Sequence record: MK250019.1
Direction: 5' to 3' (one strand)
DNA: 64,000 bases
The position numbers and the translations under genes were made by a program. Positions 39,402-55,329 of the stretch are shown piece after piece (position 1 is the stretch's first letter; each line of letters starts with the position of its first letter). The notes below the pieces were generated by a model. It was not told where the DNA came from. It did not search any database and worked only from the letters and a program-made list of their open reading frames with translations.

Positions 39402-41957
39402 ATGGAATATAAAAGTCCGTTATTAAATTAGATAATTTCTATATTAGACAAACGTTCTGAAGCTGGTGAAAAAAGAATTAAGAAGACAGAAGATTATGTT
39501 AAGAGTTATGATACATCTATTACTCGTCATATAAACAAATAGGTTGAAGAACTTAATACATCTATAAAAACAGCAACAGATAAAGTAATAGGAGATTTAA
39601 ATACAAGTATTAATAATACTGTTGATACCATATCACATGATATTTTGAGTGTTTCAACAAACCTTAAAACCGCCATTGAATAGATTTACTATAATATTAA
39701 TACATCTATTAATGGCGGTAAAACTGATACATCTATATATCTTATTGGTTTAAAAAATGAATTAGAAAGAAAGATAAATGATGTTGACTAGAAGTATAAA
39801 ATTGCTGATAGTTAGTTATCAAGTACGTTAAGTTAGAATATAAAAGATGTATCAACTAAATTAACACAGAAAGTTAATATAATTGATACAAAATATGATA
39901 CAAGTATTTCTAACTTATCATAGAAGCATGATAGTTCATTTATATAGGTTACTAATTTAATTTCTAGTTAGGGAACTTCAATTGGTAATAAAATTACAAG
40001 AGATATTAGTACAGCTAAATAGGAATTAAATTCTAATATATCTACCATATAGAGTAATTTAAATGGTAAAATTGATAATACAAATACTTCTATTAATTTA
40101 TAGTTTGATAGAGTTGCTAGAAAATTAGAACATTAGAATACTTCAATAGATGATATATCAATACGCTTAAATACGACGTCAAGAGCAATAGTAAAAGCAT
40201 TAAATACATCAGCTAATGATTTATATAATATTACAGATGATATATCTACAAAATTAAAAAGTTCATTAAACTAGGTAAAAATAGATATAACAGGAAAATA
40301 TGATGCAGAGATTAGAAAGTTAAATACATCTATTAGAAATTTAGATCTTGATACTACTAACTCATTAAGTACATTAAATACATCTGTAACAACATTAGAA
40401 ACAAATTAGAAAAAATTAAATACATCATTAGCTAGTTTACGAGAATCATTTGATAAATTAGTTGATACTGAAGATGTTAATGGTGTTATAGATACATTCA
40501 GAGAAGTTGAAGATTTTTTATCTAATATATCAGATGAAAAAACATTAACTGGTATGTTATCTGAGTTAAAAACTGGAATAGATTCACACATTGATGCAAG
40601 TATTAAAGATATATCAAATGCAATTGATAATGTTAAAGAAGAAATAGGAACAAATATTAATAATAGAGTTAATGCGTTAGAAACAACACTTAATACAACT
40701 GTAAATACAAAACTTACAGAAATTAATTCATCTATTAATGATATTAGTACACGTTTAAAATAGTCAATAACCGATCAATAGACATATGTATCTACAGAAA
40801 TTGGTAAAATAAATTCATCAATAAAAGATTTAAATACAACAATTAAATAGAATGTTGATACATCTTTAAAAGCAATTCAATCTAAATTAGATTCATCATT
40901 AAAAACAGTTTCAGATTCATTAACTTCAACAACAAGTAGAGTTGCAAAATTAGAATTAAATAACGTAACTGCTGCAAAGGTAACAACCGGTACAAATACA
41001 AAATTATGGAATGATACAACTGACAGTATAAATGAAGATTCATATGTTATTAACAAATAGGTATTAACAACTAAAGAAAATAATGTTGAAAAAACATATG
41101 AATAGAAATTAGTAAACAGTAATATTATAAAAGAAATTAATAAATCTGAAAAAGCAGTTGCATCTAATTTATTAACTGTTAATAATAATATTGCTTCTAT
41201 TAATACAAAATTAAGTAATATTAATTCAAGTATTGGTAATATATTAAATTCTTCATATATAAACAAGAAGAATAAGTATACAACAAACGGATTTAATACA
41301 ATAGGTGGTTGTTTAGATTTTATTATTAATGATATGTATTATACTGCACCTGCAGCTGTAAATGTAACATATACAGTAACACCTACATCATTTATTAGAG
41401 GTAAGAATACAAGTGTTACATTTAAATATACTGTTAATAATTATCCTAATAATATATAGAGTATTACATATAATGGTGCTACAAAAACAGAAAGAACATT
41501 TACAGAAACAATTACAGTAAGTAATTCTGTATCAAGAGCATTATCTGTAGTTTCTAACTATGTTGACAGTAAGGATGCTAGACCAACATCATTTAATAAA
41601 ACATTAACAGTATATGCTAATTTAGAATTATATGTTTGGACATCAACATCAACATCATTTAATAAAGCATATACATCTGCTAATATGCCAGCTGGATATA
41701 CTACATATACATATAATTCAGGTAATTATAGTATAAATGTAAATAATGGTACTGCAGCAAAATATATATTCTTTGTTTCAGATAAGAATTTAGTTGAATC
41801 AAAATTCTTTGTATATGAACATGGTGGTGCACCAACATTAGGTGGTGGTATTACAAATTTAGGAACAATAACAATATAGAAGTATGATGTTGCATAGACA
41901 TATTACTTATATAGATCTAATAATGTCCTTAATGGTAATTGGGACATTAAATTTTAA
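39402..41957 (+). CDS. coiled-coil fibre-like protein with beta-rich C-terminal domain (851 aa)
   Basis: Continuous with TAG readthrough. Repeated LNTSI/DTSI motifs and a Thr/Val-rich Ig-like C-terminus. Confidence 0.78.
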
Positions 41958-41991
41958 CAATAAATAATAAAACTAATTAGTATAATTTTAT

Positions 41992-44900
41992 ATGGCTATA
42001 AAACTTCCAGATACGCTGAGAACTGCAAATGATACCTATCCTATTGCAGTCTCAGAAGAAATAAAAGGTGGTATTCGTGGAGTTTAGACAGTAGAAGATT
42101 TGAGTAGAATAAATAATGCTTTGATTTCTAATGGTATGTTAGTATGGGTAGAAAAATCAAAGAGTTATTACAAATATACAAATGGAACATGGTCTATATT
42201 ATCTGCTTCTGCTTCTGGAACTCCATTACTTACAACTGCATAGATAACAGCATTAAAAAATCAAGGAGTTTTACCTGATAATTACATTTGGATACGTTCT
42301 AAAGATGATATTGATTTAGAATAGGAAGGTGTTGTAAATAAAACATATACAACATCAAAGAATGGTAGTTATGTTGATATATTATTTCAAGCAATAAGAT
42401 AGTTACAGACAGAAGTTGCTAAAATGAGAAATACATTTAAATATGGAATGTATTCTTGTACAAATAAAGAAATGGCAGTTTCTAATGTTGTTAATGAAAT
42501 GGTTGCAACACCTGCAGATGAGCCACTATGGGCAATAGAAGAAGATGGATTATCTTATGTATATGCAATAGATTTTAATTCTGCTGATATTGATTTAAAA
42601 GATCCATTAAAGCAAATAAGAAATGTAAATAACTCATATTATGAAATAAATGGTGATTTATCTGACAAGAAAATTTATTTTGATCATACATTTTCTGGTG
42701 ATATTAAAGATATTGATGAGGATTTAACTGGTTCTACATTGGAAGCATTAGAGGACCCAAAAGAATTTGCATATTTAACAGTAACTAATAAGCGTGAAGG
42801 AAACAAATCATACTTATTAGATTTTTCTGTTCTTATCGAACCATAGAAACATGAGTCGATAAAAGATAATTCACAACGTAAGTCAATTGATAATATTAAT
42901 TTTGGAAATTTATTACCAAATTACGTAGAAACTGTAAATATAATGTTATTATTAAATAGAAAGCAATTTAAAAAAGATAATTGGTATGGAAATAATTATT
43001 TATATGTTTCAATATCAGATTATTATACAAATAACGTTATTGTTTAGGGATACTATAATAAAGATGATGGTAAACTTTATAAAAATATACAAGATTTAGG
43101 AGATCAATATTTCTTTAGTAGATTTTATTTCGGTAAATTAAATTTAAATAAATTAGCATTTTATTCACGTTATCAAGATTTTACAAAATTTATTAATGAA
43201 ACAGATAAAGTTGTTAAACCAAATATTCCTAATGATAGTGATTATAGATATAAAGTTGCACATATTACAATTCGTTCTGTTTCTGATGAAGCAGAATTAA
43301 CAGAAATAAAGCAATACCTTCCTAATAATGAATTAATATGGGAAGAAAAAAATAGTGTTTTATGGATAAAATCAAACGATAAGGTAGTACAAATTGGTAG
43401 TACAAGTAATTCAAATAATAATGGAAATCAAAATAATAATAAAGATAGTATGACACAAGAAGAATTAATAAAAGCTCTTAAAGAAATGGGCATTGTTTAT
43501 GATTCAAATAATGGATTAGAATTAGAATAGGCTAAAGTAGAAGATATTACTTTTATTAATTCTAATTTAACTGATAAGTATATATATTCAATAGATTCGG
43601 AAGGTAATTTACATTCTACTATTGAACCAAAGACAACTTTAAAAGAACGAGTTGCAAATAAAGAATTATATAAATCATCAAAGCCTGGTGCAACATTTAA
43701 ACCAAGAGGATTTGTAGCAAATCTTGTTTCTGATAATCCTACATCAGCAGGTTCACTTTTAAATGATTCTGATAGAATTCATATTTCACAATTTTATGCA
43801 CCATTATCTACAGATATTGAAGAAGGAAAAATTGGTTGTTCTCATGCATTTATCGAATTAAGTAATACATCAACAATCGATTTTTAGTTAGATGGTTGCT
43901 ATTTACATTATTTTAGTCTTAGTGACACTGGAGTATCAACATATTATAATCTTCCGTTAAAAGGTGTAATACCTGCCGGTAATACATTTGTTATTCGTGG
44001 TAAAAAATATGCAGATTATAAAAATTCAAATGTATTTATTAAAGTAAATTCATTTGATTTAGAATGGTTTTTTGAAAAAGATGTATTAGCAGATTTAACA
44101 GTTAATACTGCATATAAAGGATATGGATTAGCATTAACATACGGTAATAAAGTAGGAGATGAAGAAATAGCACCACAAATAACATTAGCTCGTGCAAATG
44201 CATCTGGTTCATATGAGTATAGAGATAATTATATTGATGGTATTTTATACTCATATAAAGTTGCAAATATTCCAGAAAATTATAAAACATGGGCAATTTA
44301 TAATTCAGGATATGATGTATTATCAAATAGTCTATTTAGAGAAACATTCTTACTTGATCCTGCTAAACAAGGATTTTAGGCTCTTTGTTCTAATAAAAAA
44401 GACTCATCAAGAGCACGCCATGAAAAATCAACAGACTTTACATTATTATCACTTGCAAATGAATTTATTGAATTCCCTAAATCCGATTCGGTAAAAGCTG
44501 TGTCTGATTATACACCACGTGCATCATTTGAACATAAAACAGTTATTACAGAAAAAAGTAATATCGATTTAAATAAGCCAAATATGATTACATGTGCCTT
44601 TGGTATTAATATGTTAACTACACGTTGTTTCAACTGGATTTCTGGAGGTATATTTGATGAATTTATTTGGATTAGAAAGAAAGGAAGTACAACTGCATGG
44701 AAAGATTGTGCAAGATATGAATCATATACAAGTTCAAAATGTAGTGTTGTAACTGAGCGTTCTACAAGTGAAATTACAAAGAAAACATTTAATGAAAGTG
44801 ATACAGCATAGAAAGAAGCAAAAACATATATTTATGACAGAATAACCGGAATATTCCCTGGTACAACAACAGAATATACTGCACATAAAGTTATTATTAA

Positions 44901-46551
44901 CTTACCAACACCATCACAGGGTACATCAGAATATGAATATTGTGTTGGTCGTGCATTGCTTGATGGAAGCCCAGACCCTGCACACAGTAATGTAAATGAA
45001 CTTTATACATTTACAATGTATGCATCTAAATATATACCACGAATTTATCAAACTTCTGACCAATAGGGATTCCATTGGATTGAATATCAGGTATGGGCTG
45101 GTGCAGCTAAAAAAATAAATGAATATATTAATTCCACTAAAGGTTCTGAATATATGCCAGTATTAGTAAATACAGGTGATATGACACAATCTGGTTCTCG
45201 TATTTCAGAATGGTTTGATTATTATGAAGCTGGTAAATGTTTATTTAATCACCTTGAATAGATGAATGTTGTTGGTAATAATGACTTAGCTAATATAGAT
45301 CCTACATTATTAGGAAATGGTGATGATTCTGGTAAATCTAATTCATTTTATTTCCATGTATTTTACTGTTATGAAGTAGATAATTTTGGTAATACTGCAT
45401 ATCCTATAATTAATAAGAAATACATACCATCTTTATATTATTTCGGAACAAATGATTATCGATTTATAATGGTTAATTCAGAAATTACTGTAAAATGTTG
45501 TTCTGATTGGTATAATTTATCAAATTATAATATATATACTGGTTATACAGTTGGTACAAATAATAATTATAAAACAGAATCATGGACACCAATATATAAT
45601 ATGTTATTTGCAATAATGAATAATTTTACAGGAAAACAATTTATTACTGCATGTCATGAAATGCCATTTACAGTTATTACTAAGGCAAATATTATGTACA
45701 ATAATTCAATAACAGCAAAGCAAAGAAGTGCATCAGGTACATCATTAGTTGGATCACATTTAAATTCAATAACAGCAGAAGATATTGGTTATGGATTTAA
45801 CTGGTTCTCTCGTTTACTTGAATATTTTGCAGGTAAAGGTAAAACAAAATTATGCATCGGAGGACATAAGCATACATATGCTATGACATTCCCTATTAGA
45901 GAAAATTATACTTATATAGAAAACGGTGTAAAAAAAGATTCTAAAACAGCACCAATGCCTATGTCAGCGAACCTTAATAATGCAATTGAAAAATCAGTTA
46001 GTTGGACAAAAAAATATACATATAATGCAACTGATTGTACATTTACTGAAAGTACTTCTGGTACTGATACTGTACATACAAGTAAGTTGCCATATATTAA
46101 TACAAATGTGAAATCAATGATATATAATGGAGCTACTACTATTTCTGGTGCAGCAAAAGCAGCGCATTTATTTTTACCATATTAGTATTTAAATACATTA
46201 ACTACAAGTAATGCAATTACATACTTAATGTGTTAGGCAACAGGTTATAAGTACTCATCAAATAAGGAATTACCTGCATATACATAGGCATTCTCTGAAC
46301 TTATACCATAGACAACAGAAAAAGAAAAACCAGCAGATTCTCAAAAATACCCAATGTTTATAGATATTTTACTTAATAATACAACTATATCATATAAATT
46401 AATAAGTGTTAATAATGTATTTGACAGTAAATATTTATTTACACAACGAACATATGGAACTTCTGCAAGTACATTAAAGTATATAAAAATAAAAGATAAT
46501 ACTTTATATGGAACTTGGTTAGATAATATTACAACATTAAAAACACTTTAA
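41992..46551 (+). CDS. large virion-type protein with lamin-tail-like domain and purple-acid-phosphatase-like metallophosphoesterase (1519 aa)
   Basis: LTD-like FIELSNTSTIDF*LDGCYLHY...LPLKGVIPAGNTFVIRG and phosphoesterase motifs TSDQ, NTGDMTQ, GNND, CHEMPF and GGHKH. Confidence 0.8.
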
Positions 46552-46574
46552 TAAAAATTATATTATGATATAAT

Positions 46575-49500
46575 ATGAAATATAATGGCAAAGATAATTT
46601 TATAACAGATAATGATATTCTTGTTACTTCTGGTGTTGGAAGTAACAAGAATCTTCATACTGTTATTACTGAATAGTAGGATGATATTGATGAATTAAAA
46701 TCAAATGTAAAATGGATCTATAAATATGGCGGTGTAGGTTCTGGTTCTGGTTCTGGTTCTGGATCCGGTTCTGGCGGAAAATGGAAACCAACAATATAGA
46801 TAGGAGGTATATTAGCAGAAACTGGTGTTCCTGTAGATCTTTCTAATAAAATAATAGATAATGTTGCATTAGTTGATATAAATATTGCTATTAGTAATCC
46901 AGGAGCTGGTGGCTACTAGTTTAAAATTTCATATTCATATGATGATGGTACATATCAATCATATCCTGAGTTATTAACAACAACTAATAACTGTAGTTGT
47001 ACATTTACTCTTAAATTAACAAAAAATAGTAAATTTGGTTTAAAAATTTAGGATATTGATAATAATAGTAAAGATTATATTTTTACATATTTTTTATTCG
47101 GTCTTAGTTATAGTATAAAAGCAATGGCATATAATGCTCAAGGTAAATTATATGAATTACCAGATACTAATTATAAACCGAAATCATATCCTAATGGTGT
47201 TGTATATAGATTAGAAATTAATAATTTTGGTGGATTTAATCTTAATTATAATGTTGGTAATACTATAGATTATAAAATTATTTCTATAAATGAGCAAGAT
47301 TATAAATTATATAATAATAATCCAAATAAAGGACCATATTATGATGAAACTAATCATAAGGGAATGATTGATAAATCACAAGTATCTATTAAATTAGACT
47401 ATTTAATAGATAATAAGGTATTATCAAATGAACTTAATTTTGGTACATAGACATTTTTTGCTAATATAATTAATATTTTAAATGGTGTAGCAGATAATCA
47501 TACAATTAGTTCAGAGTATTCTATAGTTCCAGATACAAATGAATATATAATTTGTTTATCAACATCAATAAATGGTAAAATATATAATGATAATACTGAT
47601 ATTACTGACGAAGAAGCAAATAAAGAAGCATTTTATGCAGGTGATAAAGTAACATTTAATTTGAGACCATTTAACTTTCCTACTGAAACAATTCAAGTAA
47701 ATTATGTATTAATTAATTAGAAAAATGGTATTAATATAAGTAGTACACTAAATTTAAACGCTGGTCGTTATACATCTGCTTCTTTTAATATATACACAGG
47801 ATGGACAAAAATTATTATCAATAAAACAATTACTAAATGGTATTATGGTAAATCTGTATAGTCAACTATTAATTGGTATAATGAAGAAGGTGATAAACAA
47901 TCTAAGGCAAGTAATTTAATTTCATCATATGTAAGATTTAATAATTCTATTTCAGATAATATGGTGTCTAATAGTATATTTAAATCTATAAAAATTAATA
48001 ATTATTATGAATTAACAAAAAATATAAATGCATAGGATAAAATTATTGATTTATATGGTACAAGTACATCTTTTGATATTAATACATGTATGCATATTGC
48101 ACTTGGTGTACAATTTTCTTCATCAAATGTAAATGAAAAAATATTAGAGTTAAAAAACTCTAATCATTAGACTATGTTTACATTATACCAATCAAAATGT
48201 GTATTTACAAATGGTGGAGATGCAAAAATATATATTCCAAAAGAAAAATAGTATGCACCTCAAGATTTTGCAAAATATCATTTAATTGATATTTATATAA
48301 AACCAGCAGATCCATATATTTTAACTAATACTGTAGAAGGTAATAAATCGTAGGATTCTTTATATTATATCCAAGATTTAAAAGATAAGATAACTACTGA
48401 AAATAATACGAACCATAATAATGAACTATATTATGCTGAGATTTATATAGATGGTATTACAGATTGTATTACTACAACATTTACAAGTTCATATTCAGAA
48501 CTTAGATATTTATATTTGAAAAATATAAATATCTCATATAATTTAATTGAGTTAAGTAAGTTTAATTCATTAAGATATACATTTAATGATATTGATGCAG
48601 TTTTATATTATTATACATATAAATAGTTATTATCAAAAAATACTTCGATTACATAGAACAATATAAATATGATTTCTAATATATTATCATATGATTATAA
48701 TTCTATTTCTTGTGATTTGAGTAATAAATGTATTGTTAGAAAACATAATTAGTTACGTATAACTAAAGAATTTATAGATACTATTTCTAAATACATAGAA
48801 ATCCCTATTTATATAATAAATGTTAGTCATACACGTGAAAATGATAGTACAACATCTATTTTTTAGTGGTTAAATGGTTCATACGATGAAAATGTAAATA
48901 TATAGTCATGGCCTATAAAGTCATCAAATATTGATGGTGTACATAGTACAGGTATTACATATATTTCACCTACTGACCATTCATCAACAGTAATAAAATT
49001 TCCAAATAAAGATGAATATACATAGGCAATATTTACATTAGATATACAAGGTTCATCTACACGAAGAAACCATGGAAAGAACTTAGATTTAAATTTAGTA
49101 AATAATAATACAACAACAGGAACAAAATTATTATATTCACCTAATTTTGATTCTGCTGATGATAATACATTCTTACCAGAATCTAAATTTACATTAAAAG
49201 CAGATATTGTAGACTCTGGTCATACAAATAATACTGTAATGGGTAAATTTATAAATGATAACACCAAAAAATTCGAAACAAATTCTAAAGGTATGTATAA
49301 GAATTATATTAAGAATTGTTTGGAAGGATTCCCATGTATTGTAATATTAAATATTGATTATGAAGTAGATAACTCTGTACCTGAATATTATTTCTTAGGT
49401 ATATATAACTTTAACTTAGGTCGTGGTTCATATTCAAACTTAGGTTATGTTGATAATTCAATTTTTGATTCAAAATTGGAATCAGTTTCACCAGAAAAAC

Positions 49501-52500
49501 CATTTGAATTTTTTGCGATATAGGAAACAAGTTATGAGTTAAGAACAGATTTCGGATGTGCTGAAATTACTGGTAATAGTCCATAGTTTGACTTCTCCCT
49601 TTGGGATGATACAATATTATATAATTTTGAGGAAGAATCAGGTAATAATTATATGTGGGATGATATTGTTACTAGTTAGCAAGGTGCATTTAAAGAAGCA
49701 TTAAAATATTTTGTTAGAGATGTCGCAATCTCGGGTGGTTATATTTTTAAATATTTAGGTAAAGAAGCAATAGATCATAGTGAATGGACTGGTTGGAATA
49801 AAGTTGGTTGTGTTCCTAATGTAAAAAAACAATATAAACGTAGATCTAGTGATCTTAAAAATATATATTATGATCCAAACATAAAAATTCCGAATGACGA
49901 AAAATGGCAATCTATATTTGAGCGTACAATGAGAGATTCTGAATATCAGGGTTCTCAATCATATGCACGTTTGGATTATGTATCATTAGTTGAATATTAT
50001 ACTATTTGTATGGCTTTTGGACTTGTTGACTCTGTATAGAAAAACTTGAATGTTAAAACATGGACATTAAATAAAAAAGAACGATTAGAAACAGATGTAG
50101 AAGAAAAGAATTTAATTAGATCAAGATTCTATATTTCATTCTATGATATGGATACATGTTTAGGTATAAATAATGATTCACAAGATACAACAACATTCTG
50201 TTTTTCTGATTATTGGAAATCAAATGAAACAGTAAAAAATGACATTCATATATTACAATCTATAACTCAATATAGAGATTATTTTAATGATACTGATAAA
50301 GAATTAGGTGAATATGGTTATGATACACCATCTTCATTCTTATTTGCAATCGCTAAATATGGTACAACAGTATTTAATCAATCAGAGTTAGATCATATAA
50401 GTTATTTAGAGTACTAGACTCCTACATTAGTATGGTTAAAATATAGAGCAGCAAATGCAACTGCATATACAGGAAATAATAAAGAAGGTACAGGTTCGTT
50501 AAGAAGTGCTGATTATTTTATGAATACATATTATAAAAAACATTTGGAAGGCGTTCCGGAATTAATATTTAATTTAAATTATAAAGCAAAGTATATAGTA
50601 TATAATATAGAAGAGTCTTGGGAATTTGATGAATCAAAAAAATCAACTTTTATTGGAACATATACAATAAATCCAAAAACTATTTATACTCAAGGCTTTC
50701 ATATAAATGCAACTAAATTTAGAGGACGTTCTATATATCGTGTTACTGATTGGTTTGATGCTAGATTACATATATTAGACGCATATTTTAATTTACAAGA
50801 TGCAAGAGAATATATTTCAGTAACAGAAGAAGAAAAAGCACTTTAGCCATCATATCCAAATAATAATAATAATGTTGAAGTTACATAGCTTTCTATAAAA
50901 AATAATTCAGAAGTTAGTAGAGCATTTTAGGATGTATTAACATATGCTACAGATATTAACATAAAAACATAGATATTTGGTAATGGTACAGAATCTCCAA
51001 AAATTACATTCCCACCAGAACCTATAACTATATTGGTTCAGGCATAGGATTATACACCATTGTTATTTGATGTCAGTGGTACAATAAAAGCAAAATATTT
51101 ATTACGTAGTGCTGGTAATAAATACCAAATAACATTCCAGAGTTCTGGTAATACAGACTTTGCTTTTTATGGTTCAAATCAATTAACATATATTAGTGAT
51201 GTAACATGGTTTACTCCATCTAGTTTATATATTATATCTGATAACCTTAGAAATATATATGGTAATAGGCCTAATTATAAAGTTAAGATAGTAAGTATTA
51301 AATCACCAGTATTATAGAGTATCGAGTTAATTGGTACAAATTATTCTGGAACATTGGAATTAACAAATCCTACAGAATATATTAACTTATCAACTATTGA
51401 TATTTCAAATAGTTAGATAAATCTTAAATTAACAGATTTAACAGTTCAAGACGTAAATCTTACAAGTGTTTATTGTAGTAAATGTATGATAACAAATTGT
51501 AATAATATTAAAACGTTAAAACTTAATGATTTAACAGTAACAAATGAACTTAGTTTAACTATTAATTATAGTAATGAGATATTATTAAATGAAATTGAAC
51601 CTAAAAATTTTTCAATAACAAATAATTTAAGTAAAGTTAAAGGTAAAGATAATATATTAATTATAGATGGTAGAAAAAACCACAAATTTTAGACGTTAGA
51701 AACATTAACAATACATGGTTTTTCAAAAGTATATATATTTGGTTGCCCAATGTTAAATAAAGTTTCAATTTCTGAAATTAATTCATTATCTATAAATAGT
51801 GACGGATTTGATCCAAATATATATTTAGAAGAATTTGTTGTATGTAATTGCTCAACATCAAATCTTGTTAGCACATTTACTATTAATTCAAATGATTTAA
51901 ATGTTATTGACTTACATGAATTTAGTCATTTAAAACGAGTATGTTTTGATAGAACTTAGAATTTTACATCTGTAATATTACCAAGTACATTAACTTTATA
52001 GGGAAGTGAATTTAGCGGATGTAAATCACTACAATATTTAGATATTCGTGATAAAAATAATGTTAAATCACCTGCTATTACAATTTCGAATTATAATACA
52101 TATAGTTTTTCTTATAGAGGTACAAGTTCTGGAAATACAGGATTTAATACATATACAGCAGAATCTGAGGGTATATTTTACAGATGTATTAAATTTAAAT
52201 TAGAGCGAACAAAAACTGATAATTCTATTACACCTTTACGTGTAAGTACTTCAGTTACATCATTATCAAATTTATTTAATGCAGTTGAATATAAAACTGC
52301 TTATGATATAACATTAGGAAAAATAGCGAATTTTATAGATAATATACCTGTAAATAATAATATTACAAATATAAGTTATATGTGTAATAATTAGTTAGGT
52401 ATAAAACTATTAAAAGATACATTTAAAAGTGATGGTCCAAATAAATCAACATTACACTTAGGTACATTTGGAAAATGTACGAATGTTTCTCATGCATTTA

Positions 52501-55250
52501 CTATAGATGATCCATATATTAACAAATGGATTTGGTATGATAAAAATAAAACACAAGTAATCGGGTGTAATGATTATTATACATTATTTGGACAAGGAAG
52601 TAAAAATATATATATAACTATAGATTGTTTTTATCCAATACTAACAAAAATTACAAAGTTTATAGGAAGTGATTGTATATAGTTAATGGTAATACATCCT
52701 ATATATTCTGGTGCTAATTAGACATTTAATATTAATACTATTCTTACAGATGATAAAAAGAAATAGGAAAAAGAATATGAAAATGCATCAAAATATTCAA
52801 AGAGTATAACATATGTTAGTGATTCAACTAATGCTGGTAATATTATATCTGGAACTGTTTATGCACGTAGTATATTTGTAAATGAAACTAATTCAAATGG
52901 TAACGTTGATACAGAAGATAATGTTTCTGCAATATATCCTACATCATTAACCGATTTTTCTAGTGTTAATTTATGTAGTACAACTGGTTTAACATGGAAT
53001 TTATATGGTTTATTTAGTAAAAAATGGAAAATATAGTATATATCTGCATTCCAATATAATTGTAATATACGAGAACACGCTATAGAATACGAAGATATAT
53101 TAAATAATAAGTTCTTACCATCAACATTAATAAATATAAATAATAGTTTTAATACAGGATTCTCTACTAGAGTTGATTATTCTCGTTTTTTGGATTTTAA
53201 ACAATTATTAACACAATATGAGAAATGGTATAATGATAAAGATAATAAAAATAAAAGAGACTATCAATTCTTTGGAAGTTGTCAAAGTAACAATATGACT
53301 GACACTACATATTTAGCAGGTATGACTTTTGATAAAACAATATCAAAAGGAAACTTCTATGAATGGTTATGTAGAGTTATAGAATCATCATGTCTTAAAT
53401 GTATTAATTTCTTATTTAAAAATACTAATATTATAATATCAAAAGATGCAACAGATGTAAATTTTACCATTGATAAAGCATTTGAAAGCATTGGTTATAA
53501 TAGTAGTTAGCGAAAAAAAATATTAGATAATGCAAATAATAATTAGTTAGTAAATATATATGGTTTATTTTAGAATTTAAGATGTTATAAAGAAGATGAT
53601 TTAAACACACCATTATATATGGATTTTGGAACAGATTTATTTAAGTATCTACCTAATGTTAAAGTAGTTGCTGCCTTATTCTATGGAACTTATTGGAATA
53701 ACCCTATACCTTTTAATTTATTTAATAAAAGATATAAAGTTTCTGATAGATATGGATATATGCCTGTACAAGAAGATAGTGAACTTATAAGAAAGAAGAT
53801 AAAATATGTTTCATACACATATAAATAGGATATTACTTATATATCATCATGCTTTAATAAAACACATTTTAATGCACAAAAAGACGGTGATAAATAGGCA
53901 AATACATTTGATATAAACAATATACCAACGAAGGATGCTGATGGTGAAGTATTAATAAATTATTACCAATTTGTAGATAATGAAAATAATCCACTTGAAA
54001 CTGATAGAGAAAAACATATTATTGATAAAATAATACAATGTTATACAAATGAAACAGGTAGTGAGGAATTATATCTTTATCCATCTTATGAATATACTGA
54101 CACATTAAAGTTACATGGGGCATTCTATATAGGCATATTTGATAAATGTGGTAATACAACTGAATCAACTTATTCACCATAGCAAGTGTTACCATTATCA
54201 GGAACTATAAATAACTATTTAAATAATTTAATTGTTTCTCCAGACTTACTATATGCATGTACATCTAATTGTACAATGGATAATGTTCTTAGTTAGGATG
54301 GTATAACAAAAGATATGTTAACTGGTATTTTACCGAAACATTTTTATAAAAACATAAAAACAATTAATACTGCATCTAATTATTCTGCATTTAAAGATTG
54401 TTTTGTAATTCCAAATTATATAGGTACATATATAGAAACATCAGGAGATATTGTAAAATTAAGATATAATATATACTCATTTATACCTGATGATTTTACA
54501 AATAGTAATATGACAGATTTAAAATATGCATTTAACTTTAAAATGCATTGGCCAAAATAGGGTATTCAAATAGGAAATACATATGAATATGATTTTTATG
54601 TAGTATCTACAACTAATTCATTTGATAGAAATATAACATCATTAAATAATGCATTTCCTACCTCATTTGTAGATGGTGATAAAAACGTAGTAAATACTAG
54701 AAATGTTAATTATAATACATTAAATAGATCTATTCACTTCAATTTATCATGTAGTTATACTACTTCTACATATAATAAAGAAAATAAAGAAAAAATATTT
54801 GGATCATTATCACACGATAATTTAACATATATTGATACATTCAATACAGGAATTAATATGAGTATATTTACACAATTAGATGTAACTAATTTAATTACAA
54901 ATATAAATGTTCTATACGGATATTTTGGTTATATTTTTAATTAGTCATATGACATTTCTAATATGAAGTTATTAAATATTGATGTGAAGAATATGTATTG
55001 TATTACATTAACTAATATAAGTGAATTTCAAGATTATCAATTATCTTGTAATATTGTATTTCCTAAATGTAATTCTGTTAATGAAACAACAAAACGTTTA
55101 TTTAATATTAGTATAGGTAACGGTAAAAAATTCCATACAAATACAAGTATGTTTGGAAATAAAACTAATACAGAAATATATAAAAATATGTATAATACTA
55201 AATTTGAATTTAATAACGTAACAAGACCTATTTATGCTGGTGCTGAATAA
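46575..55250 (+). CDS. giant structural protein with CotH-like kinase domain and leucine-rich repeats (2891 aa)
   Basis: Ten track ORFs lie in one frame, joined by TAG readthrough. CotH-like FTLKADIVDSGHTNN...EGFP...FLGIYNFNLGR...LVDSV*KN...FYDMDTCLG. BspA-like LRR (VILPSTLTFIGSEFSGCKSL). Confidence 0.82.
46737..46776 (+). repeat. GGTTCT hexamer tandem encoding a Gly-Ser linker
   Basis: ggttctggttctggttctggttctggatccggttct in frame. Confidence 0.8.
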
Positions 55251-55258
55251 TATAATTA

Positions 55259-55297
55259 AGAGAGATACAACTGAGATTTGTATCTCTCTTCTTTTTT
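55259..55297 (+). terminator. intrinsic terminator
   Basis: AGAGAGATACAA / TTGTATCTCTCT plus a T-tract. Confidence 0.8.
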
Positions 55298-55329
55298 AAT
55301 AAATATAAAAAGAATTTTAATGAATATAA

